IMG/VR virus record: IMGVR_UViG_3300023175_000005
Location: 192,559-256,558 of that record
Strand: one strand, 5' to 3'
DNA: 64,000 bases
Shown here: one piece after another, positions 1 to 9,608 of the stretch
Position numbering within the stretch: the first letter of the stretch is position 1
How the letters are laid out: every line of letters starts with the position of its first letter
Made by a program: the position numbers and the translations under genes
The notes under the pieces: generated by a model
Database searches by the model: none
What the model was told of the DNA's origin: nothing
The model's input: the letters and a program-made list of their open reading frames with translations, nothing else

Positions 1-203
1 TCCGGAAAAGGAATATCATAGATCATTTCTTGTAGTGTAACATCATGTTCATCTTCTAATGTCCAGTACAAGCAATCTATACCGTGCGGGCTAAAGTAAT
101 CATTTAAGATTACTTCATGCCCTAATTCTTCAAATTCTTTTTTAAGTTTTAACTCACAATTACCAATGCCCCCACTTCCGTGAGATATTACAATTGGTAA
201 CAA
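1..203 (-). CDS. alpha/beta-hydrolase (dienelactone hydrolase-like), partial, runs off window start
   Basis: Translated by hand from TTG at 203, next to the upstream stop: LLPIVISHGSGGIG...LGHEVILNDYF; HGSGG motif; frame open to the window edge. Confidence 0.5.
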   Translation of the reverse strand, partial: MLPIVISHGSGGIGNCELKLKKEFEELGHEVILNDYFSPHGIDCLYWTLEDEHDVTLQEMIYDIPFP

Positions 204-2180
204 TTATGCAGCCGTACCATCGTCTAAATTAATCCAAGCACCGTTTTGATAACCTTGGAATCTGTCTACTGATTCGTTGTAAATAACCATGCCGTTGACA
301 GCAGTTAATGCATTTCTATTTGCTGTTGTGTATTGACCAAACTGTATGTAGCCACCTGATGTGATAGTATTTTCTACAGCATCTACTATAATTGTAGAAT
401 CGTCAGCAACTAAACTACCTTTAAACGCCGACGCTGTAACATCACCCTCAAAAATACCTGAACCATTAACATCTAATTCTGCACTAACAGTTGCTTTACC
501 AATACCTACTTTGATTTGATCTGAATCGTTTGTTGTAAACATAACAAACTTTTCGTCAATTGTCAAATCGTTGTTTTTAGCAACACCTATGAATAATGCA
601 TCGTGTCCAGCTGTAATTTTGGAACTATTGATATCCCCGTCAATATCTGATATTGCGCCAAATTTTATTTCGCCTCTGATATCATAAACTCCGTCATCTA
701 GTGCTGCATCTGCTTTATTCTTTTTGAGATCTAATTGCATTCTTCCTTCAAAAGAATTAAATTGAATAACTTGATCACCTGTTGTTTGCGATCTGTTTTC
801 AAATAAAACTGTTAAATCATTTGGCAACCATCTAGTAAAGTGCATTTCTGATAGTTCTACTGATGTTAAACTAACAGATGCTTCGTCGTATAAGTCACCG
901 AATGTATTACCAAATAAATCACCTTGGAAAACTCCTGTCGGTGAACATTCAAAAGCACCTATAAATAAATTTCCTGTAAAAGTTTTATCCGCTGCATTTA
1001 CTATTACTGCTGAATCATCTGCAATAACATTACCTTGCACGTTACCATTAAGTTGATTACTTACACCATCAACAAGTATTGTAGAATCTTCGCCGATTAG
1101 ATTACCTTGTACATCAATGGTATATGTTTGTCCGTCAACAATACCAATAGTAGGAGGAAAATTAAACAATCCGCTTGCATCACCCGTTACTCTATCAAAG
1201 TTACCAGTTGTTGCGTTAACTTCTTCAAACTTTGTTCCTACTCTACCAATTTTACCTGTTCCGCTAACAACAGGGACAACATCTTTGTTGTTTAAAAAGT
1301 TTACACCGTTGACGTTAACAGAGCCACTTGGTGCAGTAATATCTATGTTTTGATCTGGTGATGTAATAACACCACTGCCTGTGTATTCTGTATCTGCTCT
1401 TAATTTTCCTGCAACAGAATCTACCATTACAAAACTACTGTCTGAGAAAATACTACCTGTAACGTCACCATCTAACGGACCAAAAATTTGATCAGCTTCT
1501 ATATTACCGTTGAAGAATGAATTTCCGGTAATTGTTAATCCTAAACCAGCAAACGTTTGATTTGTTGCATCTAACAATAATGTGCTATCATCAGCAACAA
1601 TGTTGATATTATAGTTACCACCACCTACAACACCTTCACCGCCACCTCCGCCAGTACTTGGAAGATTTGTTAAAAGACTACCGTCACCTACAAAAAAGTT
1701 TGCTGTTACTGTTTTAGAGAACGTATCAACCATAATAGTTGAATCATCTGCTACTACATCACCTGTAATACTAATATCATATGTTTGGCCTTCGAGGATG
1801 CCTGTGCCTCCTCCTCCTCCGCCTGTTACTGGTAAGTTTGTAAGTCCGCTACCGTCACCTACAAATGACCCTGCGGTAACAGAACCAGTTGCTGTCATTG
1901 TATTTGCGCTAACATTAGCAGCAGCAGCAACTGATGTAGGACTAATAGTACCACCGATTGTGATATTACCTGTACCTACAATGTCAAAGTTATTAAGATC
2001 TAAATTTTGGCTTAGTACTGCTGGGGAACCACTTACACTACCTGTAACTCTGATACCGCCTAGTGTGCTGCCATCGCCCACGTAAATTTCTTGTGTATCA
2101 GTTGTGTAAACTAGTTCGCCTTCTGCAAACGTAACGCCCAACCTTTCAAGGTTTGTTCCGCGGCGAAGTCTCAATGTCAT
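204..2180 (-). CDS. tail fibre-like virion structural protein
   Basis: N-terminal LRLRRGT...EGELVYTTDT..YVGDG (Mtd-N-like) motif; Gly-rich linkers; about six ADDST(I/L)xVD-type repeats; C-terminal NGMVIYN...FQGY..GAW. Confidence 0.75.
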   Translation of the reverse strand: MTLRLRRGTNLERLGVTFAEGELVYTTDTQEIYVGDGSTLGGIRVTGSVSGSPAVLSQNLDLNNFDIVGTGNITIGGTISPTSVAAAANVSANTMTATGSVTAGSFVGDGSGLTNLPVTGGGGGGTGILEGQTYDISITGDVVADDSTIMVDTFSKTVTANFFVGDGSLLTNLPSTGGGGGEGVVGGGNYNINIVADDSTLLLDATNQTFAGLGLTITGNSFFNGNIEADQIFGPLDGDVTGSIFSDSSFVMVDSVAGKLRADTEYTGSGVITSPDQNIDITAPSGSVNVNGVNFLNNKDVVPVVSGTGKIGRVGTKFEEVNATTGNFDRVTGDASGLFNFPPTIGIVDGQTYTIDVQGNLIGEDSTILVDGVSNQLNGNVQGNVIADDSAVIVNAADKTFTGNLFIGAFECSPTGVFQGDLFGNTFGDLYDEASVSLTSVELSEMHFTRWLPNDLTVLFENRSQTTGDQVIQFNSFEGRMQLDLKKNKADAALDDGVYDIRGEIKFGAISDIDGDINSSKITAGHDALFIGVAKNNDLTIDEKFVMFTTNDSDQIKVGIGKATVSAELDVNGSGIFEGDVTASAFKGSLVADDSTIIVDAVENTITSGGYIQFGQYTTANRNALTAVNGMVIYNESVDRFQGYQNGAWINLDDGTAA

Positions 2181-2188
2181 TTTATGTT

Positions 2189-2234
2189 CTCCTAAGGTGA
2201 TAATAGTATTTGTATGTATTTATCACCTTAGGAG
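2189..2234 (-). promoter_or_regulatory. 15-bp inverted repeat covering the RBS, with an embedded late promoter
   Basis: CTCCTAAGGTGATAA (2189-2203) / TTATCACCTTAGGAG (2220-2234); GATAAATA on the - strand at 2217-2224; SD AGGAG at 2189-2193 lies inside the 3' arm. Confidence 0.8.
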
Positions 2235-2241
2235 GTTTTGT

Positions 2242-2592
2242 TTATCGATTTAGTTTAAGGAATTTATGAACTCTTTTAGCAAGATCGCTTTTTAGTTGTT
2301 TAGTATCTAGCCTAAAATCTACGATATCAATTTGGTCTTCGTATTGCATAAACAAATTATCAAGGGTCTCTTCGATTTGGTCAATAGTTTGTTTTTTCTT
2401 ACTATCGTCAACATCGATGTCCCATTGTGTACCGTTATGAAACTTAATTACAATTCTACTGAGGTATTCAATAGGCAGTACTTCCATTTCAATGGATTCG
2501 AATATGTCATCCCAGTGTGTTTCCGTATCTGCTTCGTAATCAATAAGTTTCTTAGGCACTTGTTGTTGTTTTTTTCTTTTTGGTAGGAACAA
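2242..2592 (-). CDS. hypothetical protein (start may be GTG 2559)
   Basis: ORF in a tightly packed - strand operon. Confidence 0.65.
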   Translation of the reverse strand: MFLPKRKKQQQVPKKLIDYEADTETHWDDIFESIEMEVLPIEYLSRIVIKFHNGTQWDIDVDDSKKKQTIDQIEETLDNLFMQYEDQIDIVDFRLDTKQLKSDLAKRVHKFLKLNR

Positions 2593-3160
2593 GTTCTTCT
2601 GCTTGTTCTCTTAAGGCTTTGGCTTCTTTAAAAAGCCTATCTGCTTGTGATCTATAACTTGCTGCTAGATCTTCATCAGATAATACACTATCTGCTGGCG
2701 CAGAGGTCTGTTGTGCAACAGGTTCTTGTACATAATCATCTGCTGGCGCTGCTTGTGTTTTTGCTTCTTTGAACTCGGGCTTAATAGCAATATCGTCTAA
2801 TGCTACACCTTGTTGTTCAGCAATAATCCTATTAAGTTCATCTAACATAATCGATGTTGATCTGTCAGGAACCATCTCAATTTCATTTGTTGGAAATTTA
2901 TTTAATCTTCCCGTTGAATGAAATGCTGCAAGCATATTTCTGCCATCTGGCAAAGTATCGCGAGCCATTGCTTCTGCAAGTTCGTTTGAGGTTTGACCTG
3001 CTGGTGATTCAACAAGTCTCATTAGTGCATCATGTTCGTCTGATGGTAGTGATTCGGTCATAACAACTAAACAATTTTCAACGTCATTTGGAATTGTTCT
3101 ATATGCTACTACCACAGACTTCTTATTTTTTGCAAGTCTTCCTACGTGTTTAAGTGGCAT
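2552..3160 (-). CDS. hypothetical phage protein
   Basis: 202 aa ORF overlapping its neighbours; C-terminal coiled coil. Confidence 0.75.
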   Translation of the reverse strand: MPLKHVGRLAKNKKSVVVAYRTIPNDVENCLVVMTESLPSDEHDALMRLVESPAGQTSNELAEAMARDTLPDGRNMLAAFHSTGRLNKFPTNEIEMVPDRSTSIMLDELNRIIAEQQGVALDDIAIKPEFKEAKTQAAPADDYVQEPVAQQTSAPADSVLSDEDLAASYRSQADRLFKEAKALREQAEELVPTKKKKTTTSA

Positions 3161-3413
3161 CTTCTTCTACTTCCTTTTCTGGTTTTGGCGCATCTGGATC
3201 AGGTGCGTCTCCTTGTTCAGCCTGTGCTGCTTTTTGCTGTTCTTCAACATTTTTTAAGAACGCTTCTAATTTGTTGTATACTGTACCTACAGCAGCCATC
3301 TCTCCTGGTTTAAATGAACCACGCTCACTAGCGATGTCAATAATACCTTTCATAACTGCTAGATCTTGAATGTTTAGATCCATAGGATTTGGTTGTTGTT
3401 CTTGTTCAGACAT
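3150..3413 (-). CDS. hypothetical protein
   Basis: 87 aa ORF with AGGAG SD. Confidence 0.75.
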   Translation of the reverse strand: MSEQEQQPNPMDLNIQDLAVMKGIIDIASERGSFKPGEMAAVGTVYNKLEAFLKNVEEQQKAAQAEQGDAPDPDAPKPEKEVEEDAT

Positions 3414-3449
3414 ATTCGGAATCTCCTTTATAATGTAATTATTTGATGT

Positions 3450-3731
3450 CTAGTTTCTATATTTTAAAAGTGGACAAGCAAGTGCAAAATAACTTAGTTC
3501 TTTTGATTCTTCAAACGCTATTTTAACTTTACTTGCTAACGGTTGTTCTGCTTCATAAACAACTTCTTTATCGATATAATATCTTCCTTTAAGATTTGTT
3601 TGCACCCATTCTTCTAGTGCCTTTTGAATATTATATTTTTGGGGAATAACCATACATTCCCAATAGGGTGGACAAAAATCCACCCGTCTAATATCAAAAA
3701 CGTTTAAAGGGTTAATTTTGATTTTATCCAT
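3450..3731 (-). CDS. hypothetical protein
   Basis: 93 aa ORF overlapping the upstream gene end. Confidence 0.7.
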   Translation of the reverse strand: MDKIKINPLNVFDIRRVDFCPPYWECMVIPQKYNIQKALEEWVQTNLKGRYYIDKEVVYEAEQPLASKVKIAFEESKELSYFALACPLLKYRN

Positions 3732-5043
3732 TTAATTCTTCGTAATGTGCAGTAAGACCAAATGGTGCTTCTAGTCCTTTATCATGGTGTCCATGGATAA
3801 TAAAAATAGTATCACAGTAATCTGGATCACCCCAGCTACCGAAAGGATAGCCATCTGTAAACATAATAAACTTCTTAGGCGTAATATCGTTTGCTTTCAT
3901 GTAGGTCCAGTTAGCATCAAAGTCAGTGCCACCGCCTCCCATAACTTCGTAGTCGGTGAGACTTTCGCCGCAATCGGCACTAAAATCTTGTTCATTGTAT
4001 ACTTTAGTATCAAAGCACCACAATTTAATATTGTAATCTTTGAATTGGTCCATAATGCCTTGTACTTCGCTTAGAAAAATGTTTGCTTGTTCGTTTCCAA
4101 TGGAGCCTGACATGTCAACACCAATACAAACATCAATAGTTTCTTGAAAGTTCATGCCTGGCAAAATAACACCAGTATGCCAGCCTTTGCGTGAAGGACG
4201 CATAAATGTAAAATCATTTTTTACGGTGCTTTGGATTTGCTGACGGATGATTTCACCCCAGTTCATTTTAGGCTCAGTAAGGTCTTTAATAATTCTTGCA
4301 ATTTCGCCCGGAGTGTTACCAGCGCCTGCGGCATTTGCTGCTGAAATCATGCTCTCTTTGATTTCGTCACGAATTTGTTTCATTTCTTCTTTTGAATATT
4401 TAGGTGCTTTACCCTTACCTTCGCCTTCTTCGTCTCCGTCATCTCCTTCTAAATCAAGGTGTTCGTCTAGCATCTCTCCTAATTGTTTTAGGAATTCTTG
4501 GCCTTGTTTTTCAAACTCTGGAAACAGATCATCGTATACTTCTTCCGAAGTCCACCCTTCGTATTTAAAGTCTTGAAAACAATCAACGATGCTGGGTTTA
4601 ACACCAATACGATCGCGAACAAGTAAATTGTTAACAATATAATCTGCTGAAATATTATAAAGCATAGGATGACGATCATCTCTACGACCTAAGTGATCAA
4701 ATACACAGTGTAGAATTTCGTGTGCAATTACAAACTCAATTTCTTTATTATCCATTGCATTAAAGAATTGAGTGTTAAAATACAAATTACGACCATCTAC
4801 AGCGGCAGTCGGAATCCAGTCGTCAGCAGCAACAATTTTAAGACGTGTTGCCATATTACCAAAAAATGGATGACGGAGTAGCAAACCTACTCGTGCAACA
4901 ATGATACGATCTAATACTTCTTCACGCATCACAGAAAGAGCATCTTCTGTAATATCTAGATCAGGTTGCCAATTTTTAAGTTTACTTGCAGTCTTGTCTG
5001 TAGACATTTGCATTGCAACGTATTGCGGTAAAAAATCTAACAT
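3724..5043 (-). CDS. VWA-like domain/metallopeptidase protein (DUF2201-like), MoxR partner
   Basis: HEILH zincin motif; MIDAS-like DMSGS, GGGT and FTDGY motifs; adjacent to a MoxR ATPase. Confidence 0.85.
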   Translation of the reverse strand: MLDFLPQYVAMQMSTDKTASKLKNWQPDLDITEDALSVMREEVLDRIIVARVGLLLRHPFFGNMATRLKIVAADDWIPTAAVDGRNLYFNTQFFNAMDNKEIEFVIAHEILHCVFDHLGRRDDRHPMLYNISADYIVNNLLVRDRIGVKPSIVDCFQDFKYEGWTSEEVYDDLFPEFEKQGQEFLKQLGEMLDEHLDLEGDDGDEEGEGKGKAPKYSKEEMKQIRDEIKESMISAANAAGAGNTPGEIARIIKDLTEPKMNWGEIIRQQIQSTVKNDFTFMRPSRKGWHTGVILPGMNFQETIDVCIGVDMSGSIGNEQANIFLSEVQGIMDQFKDYNIKLWCFDTKVYNEQDFSADCGESLTDYEVMGGGGTDFDANWTYMKANDITPKKFIMFTDGYPFGSWGDPDYCDTIFIIHGHHDKGLEAPFGLTAHYEELNG

Positions 5044-5073
5044 GTCATTCCTCTTATATCAGTGCCTATATTT

Positions 5074-5101
5074 AATATAACATATTTAAGTTTTTTGTCA
5101 A
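5074..5101 (-). promoter_or_regulatory. sigma70-like early promoter
   Basis: TTGACA-N16-TATATT with TGn extended -10, followed by TATAGGCACTGAT. Confidence 0.65.
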
Positions 5102-5106
5102 CCATT

Positions 5107-5144
5107 AAAAAGAAAAAATGGGCAGAGTATATACCCTGCCCATT
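5107..5144 (-). terminator. rho-independent terminator
   Basis: On the - strand: AATGGGCAGGGT-ATAT-ACTCTGCCCATT stem-loop followed by TTTTCTTTTT, just after the MoxR stop. Confidence 0.8.
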
Positions 5145-5156
5145 CCTGTGGCACAC

Positions 5157-6245
5157 TTACTGTTGTGCTGCCTTAATATACTTTCCATAACGATCATGGA
5201 ACTCATCAAAACACTCAACAGCATCTGGATCGATTGGAAGACTGTATTGAGTAAGAGCAAGTTTGATACCCATAACAACCAATTCCGTATCGAAATTATC
5301 CATTGCAAAACGCAAAAAGTTATTCACCTTAGCATCAAACTTTTTATCATTTTTTGCATCTGCATCTTGAAGTTCGTAACAAAGTGAAACAGTCAAGGAA
5401 TACATGGCACTGATTTCTTTTGTGTTCAACTCTTTTACTTTACCATCTAAGATGTCTGATGGATTTGGCATACTCGATGCAACTTTACGGTGTGCCATAA
5501 ACTTAACAGCAAGTCCTTCGCCAACCGAACCCGCTACAAGATCTGTAATAACTTCTTGATCATCTTCATCGTCAAGCAATTCGCTCACAAACGTCCATGT
5601 TCGTGGTGTTGCAAACGAACGACTTGGACTACGAGGATCAAAGTCAAACAAATCTTTTTTTGCAAACTGAAGATAACCAACTACATCTTTGTGTATCTTG
5701 TTAGCAACAGCCCACTCAAACCAGTCATTGAAATCAACAGCCAGTTCCAAGTGTACAAAACGGTTAGCAAGCGGAGCAGGCATGCGGTAAGTAACACCTT
5801 TGTCTGCTTCGCGGTTACCAGCCGCAATGATTACTACATTGTCAGGTAGTACATATGTACCAACCTTACGGTTAAGAATAAGTTGATATGCAGCCGCTTG
5901 TACAGCAGGTGCCGCTGAGTTCAACTCATCTAAAAACAAATAAATTGTCGAGAATTTTTTAGCAAATTCTTCGCTTGGAAGTTCTACAGGAGGAGCCCAT
6001 TTCATTGTGTTATCATTTGCACTGTAGTAGGGCATACCTTTGATATCTGTAGGTTCCCAAAGTGACAAACGAACGTCAATGAGATATGAATTAGGTGTTG
6101 AAGTTTGAATCTGTTCAACAATTTCGGATTTACCAATACCTGGAGGCCCCCACAGGAAGATTGGACGTTTTTTAGCAATTGCTCGCTGAATTCGTGATTT
6201 AGCCTTGTTAGGGCTTACAGTACGTGTAATTTCTGCAACACTCAT
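5157..6245 (-). CDS. MoxR-type AAA+ ATPase
   Basis: Walker A GPPGIGKS, Walker B LFLDE, AAGNR, LANRF arginine finger. Confidence 0.9.
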   Translation of the reverse strand: MSVAEITRTVSPNKAKSRIQRAIAKKRPIFLWGPPGIGKSEIVEQIQTSTPNSYLIDVRLSLWEPTDIKGMPYYSANDNTMKWAPPVELPSEEFAKKFSTIYLFLDELNSAAPAVQAAAYQLILNRKVGTYVLPDNVVIIAAGNREADKGVTYRMPAPLANRFVHLELAVDFNDWFEWAVANKIHKDVVGYLQFAKKDLFDFDPRSPSRSFATPRTWTFVSELLDDEDDQEVITDLVAGSVGEGLAVKFMAHRKVASSMPNPSDILDGKVKELNTKEISAMYSLTVSLCYELQDADAKNDKKFDAKVNNFLRFAMDNFDTELVVMGIKLALTQYSLPIDPDAVECFDEFHDRYGKYIKAAQQ

Positions 6246-6285
6246 CTGTGTATTCCTTTCAATGTTAATCAGTGCCTATACAACT

Positions 6286-6313
6286 AATATAGCACCAAAC
6301 AAGAAAGTGTCAA
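6286..6313 (-). promoter_or_regulatory. sigma70-like early promoter
   Basis: TTGACA-N16-TATATT (TGC-TATATT), followed by TATAGGCACTGAT. Confidence 0.65.
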
Positions 6314-6729
6314 CCACTATTTTCTATTTTTTTTGATCTTTTTAAAGCTTTTGCTAAACCGTATTTTCTTATATCTCCTGAGAAAAGAGTAAGTTCGACT
6401 GCTTTCTTTTCATTTGTTACGTACACTGCTCTTGATGTAAGGTAATATGGACAATCTATAAAATGATCCAGCCAAATTATAATTTGTGTTGTGATAGGCA
6501 TGTCTAACGGAAAAGGTATCTCATAGTTTGCTAGTTCAATACTTTGTACTACATTCCATCCTTCATCAGTTAAACGTAGTCCGCCTTCGTCTTTTTCTCT
6601 AGTATTTTTCCACCATATAGGCAAATGTATTTTTACATTACTAGAAGAATCTGCTTCTCCTATTTGTTTTAAAAATATCTTTGTATATGCTTCTTTCCAT
6701 TTCATATGGTATTTAATCGTAATCTGCAA
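6310..6729 (-). CDS. hypothetical phage protein
   Basis: ORF in operon; start may be the second Met. Confidence 0.7.
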   Translation of the reverse strand: MQITIKYHMKWKEAYTKIFLKQIGEADSSSNVKIHLPIWWKNTREKDEGGLRLTDEGWNVVQSIELANYEIPFPLDMPITTQIIIWLDHFIDCPYYLTSRAVYVTNEKKAVELTLFSGDIRKYGLAKALKRSKKIENSG

Positions 6730-7624
6730 ATCTATTGTGCAATAAGAATGCTTGATTGTATTCTATTATTTTGCTTATATCAGGCCAAATAGTTTGCCAA
6801 TCTAATTTACAGATATAATCTATAGTTTCTACAATCTTTTGTAGTCTTTTTTCTTGATCTATTTCTTTATCATAATCTTCTGACCAGAAATTATTAAATG
6901 TTTTAAATCCTAATTTATGTAAACTTTTTAAACTATTATTTTTGCCTACAATGACAAAAGGATGTGCAGCAAGAATAGTTTTAAATATTTTTTCTGAATG
7001 AAACATTGCATCTTCATTAAAGAAAGTTTCATTTACAACACTAAACCATGTGTTAAGAAAAATATCTCTATTGAAATTGTTAGCCCAGTTTACATCAAAA
7101 TCTTTTCTATCAACCACAAGGGGACTGTTTTCTAATTCTTCGTGCTCTGGATAACTAACAAGGTTGTTTTTTATAAGGCCTAGTTTTTTTAGTTTAATAA
7201 TTATACTTAATCTGTGCTGTCTATTTTGCCTGTTTAAACAATTAAACAAATGTTTTCTTGTATTGTTGTATTCTTTAATTGGAATAGGAACATGATCAGT
7301 TTTTACACGCTCTGCCCAAACAGGTTGTGCAATTATATTAATAGGTGTTGTAAATTGACTTTGTGCCTTGAACCATCTTTTGTATCTTTTTTGTTCGTAC
7401 AAATTGCTAGTAATTATATAAAGAGGTTTACCTCTAGGTATTTTATTGTGAATATATTTGTAGTGGTTATGTAGAGGAAATGCTTCTGACATTTGATCAA
7501 TTACAAGGCGAGATCTATTCCAATGATCAATTAATTTATCTATCCATTCGTAAGGTCCTTCACTAAGCGTATATCCACCTAATGGTTGTGCAGAAAGAAC
7601 GGTACTATTCTGATACAACTTCAC
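6713..7624 (-). CDS. putative glycosyltransferase-like protein (paralogue of 29817-30683)
   Basis: VVNET..F.SEKIFK.I...HPF...G...L.KLGFKTF...YD motif, reminiscent of the GT10/GT-B donor-binding segment. Confidence 0.5.
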   Translation of the reverse strand: MKLYQNSTVLSAQPLGGYTLSEGPYEWIDKLIDHWNRSRLVIDQMSEAFPLHNHYKYIHNKIPRGKPLYIITSNLYEQKRYKRWFKAQSQFTTPINIIAQPVWAERVKTDHVPIPIKEYNNTRKHLFNCLNRQNRQHRLSIIIKLKKLGLIKNNLVSYPEHEELENSPLVVDRKDFDVNWANNFNRDIFLNTWFSVVNETFFNEDAMFHSEKIFKTILAAHPFVIVGKNNSLKSLHKLGFKTFNNFWSEDYDKEIDQEKRLQKIVETIDYICKLDWQTIWPDISKIIEYNQAFLLHNRFADYD

Positions 7625-7892
7625 CTTGTGTCAACTTTATTACTACAAATTTATCTGTTTTAAATTGTTGATTTAATCTTTTTGCAAGATTATGTGCATG
7701 TCCTGGATTAGAAAAACTTGTTTTCTTATACTTAGGACCTGGATAGTTTGTAATTGAATTACTACTTTTTAAATTAAAAGGCTTGCCGTCGTAGAATACT
7801 GCCCAGATTGCATCTGCATCTAAAATTTGCTCACATTTGTACGTTGCACTATTTGTAAATTCTAACAGTATTGTAGGCTTTGGTCTTGACAT
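7605..7892 (-). CDS. hypothetical phage protein
   Basis: 95 aa ORF downstream of a GATAAATA motif. Confidence 0.75.
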   Translation of the reverse strand: MSRPKPTILLEFTNSATYKCEQILDADAIWAVFYDGKPFNLKSSNSITNYPGPKYKKTSFSNPGHAHNLAKRLNQQFKTDKFVVIKLTQGEVVSE

Positions 7893-7920
7893 ATACGTAT
7901 CCTTTTAAAAACTACGTATA

Positions 7921-7928
7921 TATTTATC
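7921..7928 (-). promoter_or_regulatory. T4-type late promoter (GATAAATA)
   Basis: Intergenic match to the recurrent TAAATA motif, analogous to T4 TATAAATA. Confidence 0.65.
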
Positions 7929-7931
7929 TTT

Positions 7932-8174
7932 TTACCAACCAGTTCCGGCGTCTATATCAACTTTTATTACCTGATCTCCGAGTCCGCCGCTGTTTTCTTT
8001 TACATATTTTTCCATGTCGCCTTGTAATCTAGACATTACAATGCCCATAGTAAAAGCCAAGTTTTTTGCAGTAGTAATATCTAAACGCAAATCCTTGGCT
8101 CTACTATTCTCAGCAGCCTGTACTTGTTTAATAAATTGCTGTATAGGTTGTGTATTAAGAGGTTCTGTTGACAT
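7932..8174 (-). CDS. hypothetical protein
   Basis: 80 aa ORF in operon. Confidence 0.7.
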   Translation of the reverse strand: MSTEPLNTQPIQQFIKQVQAAENSRAKDLRLDITTAKNLAFTMGIVMSRLQGDMEKYVKENSGGLGDQVIKVDIDAGTGW

Positions 8175-8628
8175 TGCTTAACATTAATTTCATTTCTAAT
8201 TCAGTTTTGTATGGACCCATATACTTATTTCGCTCAAGTGTAATTAACTTAGGGCAAAAACTTTTTAACCAGTTTTTGTTAAATTTAATTAGATAGTATC
8301 CTGCACAATATACACTTTTAGATTTTTCACTTTTTGTAAAAAGCGGCAAGTTTCTGCTTATATCAAACATACTGTTATAAGGTTTGTTTTTTGTAGGAAA
8401 GCCGTGTATTTCTCTTGTGTCTTCATCTACATCGGGTGTTGTAATTTTTGCTGTTAAGAAACTTTTGCCAAATTCTTGTTTAATTTGTGTTTCACTATGA
8501 AATGTAACTACGCCTTTTTTTGTATAGATAAATTTATCTTCGTCTTTAGTAAGTGTACCTATACGGATGCCTTCATCCTCAACAATCCAAAATTTATCTT
8601 TTAATACTGGTTTTACATTCATTGTCAT
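8155..8628 (-). CDS. hypothetical phage protein
   Basis: 157 aa ORF; ATGA overlap with the RNase H gene. Confidence 0.75.
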   Translation of the reverse strand: MTMNVKPVLKDKFWIVEDEGIRIGTLTKDEDKFIYTKKGVVTFHSETQIKQEFGKSFLTAKITTPDVDEDTREIHGFPTKNKPYNSMFDISRNLPLFTKSEKSKSVYCAGYYLIKFNKNWLKSFCPKLITLERNKYMGPYKTELEMKLMLSNVNRTS

Positions 8629-9608
8629 TTAATATACCTCGCTTGTAAAGGTTCTGCAAATGTTGCTGCTTGATCTGCTACACGTTGCATATCCCACTTT
8701 GCACAGAATTTCATAAGGCGCATGCCTACTTGTGAAATATTTTTAGATTCTACAGTTTGAATAGTCGTATCAATTTGTTCTCTAATATCATCTGGTTGTG
8801 CTGTAAGATCACACAATGTAACATTGCGGTTGTAATCATCTAGCACACGATGTTCTGCACCTTCATGATCTACCCAACGTTGTAACATCATGTTGTTCCA
8901 GTTGAAGCCTTTTGTGTCTTTGTCAGCAAACGCTTCTAACAAACCTACTTTGTTCTTTGTGCCTTTTTTGCGTACACCTGGATATGCACTAAACACGTTG
9001 TCACTAGTGTCACCACGCATACATTTTTCAAACAACATAAATTCAGGGTCAGGAGCAGCCTTTGCTTCACCCGTTTTCTTATCAACTACCGCATGACCTT
9101 TATCGTCAAAGTAGCCTTTGTATGTAATAGTTGTGTTGCTCACACCGTTGTACTGTTGTACATTATGAGCAATAAGTTGTGCAAAGTCACCGTCTGTTGA
9201 AATAATAATATGTTTGTCGTTGGGATGATTTTGTATCCAGCCTGCAATTAAGTCGTCTGCTTCTAGTACAGAATTGTGTAACACAGTGCAGTTTGTTTTT
9301 GTATCTACAAACTGTTTAAAGTCGTCAAACACTTCAAAAAAGATTTTATCTTCTTCTGCTTCACGTGGACTCATTGCATCTCGGTGTTCTTTGCGATTAC
9401 GTTTGTAAGGCTCATAATAGTCCTTACGCCAACTGCGTCCTTCTAAACAAAACACAACATGATCTGCGTCAAAGTCACGCCATGCTTTCTTTACACTGTT
9501 AAGTGTAATGTGTAGTGCCATACCGACTTTAGTATCGATGTCGCCACGCACAACATGACGAGCACGAAAGAATGTGTTAAGTGTGTCTACTAGTACATAG
9601 GTTGCCAT
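8625..9608 (-). CDS. rnh: T4 RNase H-like 5'-3' exonuclease (FEN/PIN fold)
   Basis: LVD..N, YKRNR, EADDLI, ISTDGDF and GDTSDNV motifs. Confidence 0.88.
   Translation of the reverse strand: MATYVLVDTLNTFFRARHVVRGDIDTKVGMALHITLNSVKKAWRDFDADHVVFCLEGRSWRKDYYEPYKRNRKEHRDAMSPREAEEDKIFFEVFDDFKQFVDTKTNCTVLHNSVLEADDLIAGWIQNHPNDKHIIISTDGDFAQLIAHNVQQYNGVSNTTITYKGYFDDKGHAVVDKKTGEAKAAPDPEFMLFEKCMRGDTSDNVFSAYPGVRKKGTKNKVGLLEAFADKDTKGFNWNNMMLQRWVDHEGAEHRVLDDYNRNVTLCDLTAQPDDIREQIDTTIQTVESKNISQVGMRLMKFCAKWDMQRVADQAATFAEPLQARYIK

Noticed and set aside
1640-1825. Short CCT/CCG triplet runs as a possible contingency or DGR-type locus
   Set aside because: They encode poly-Gly hinges in frame; no reverse transcriptase or template/variable repeat pair is visible
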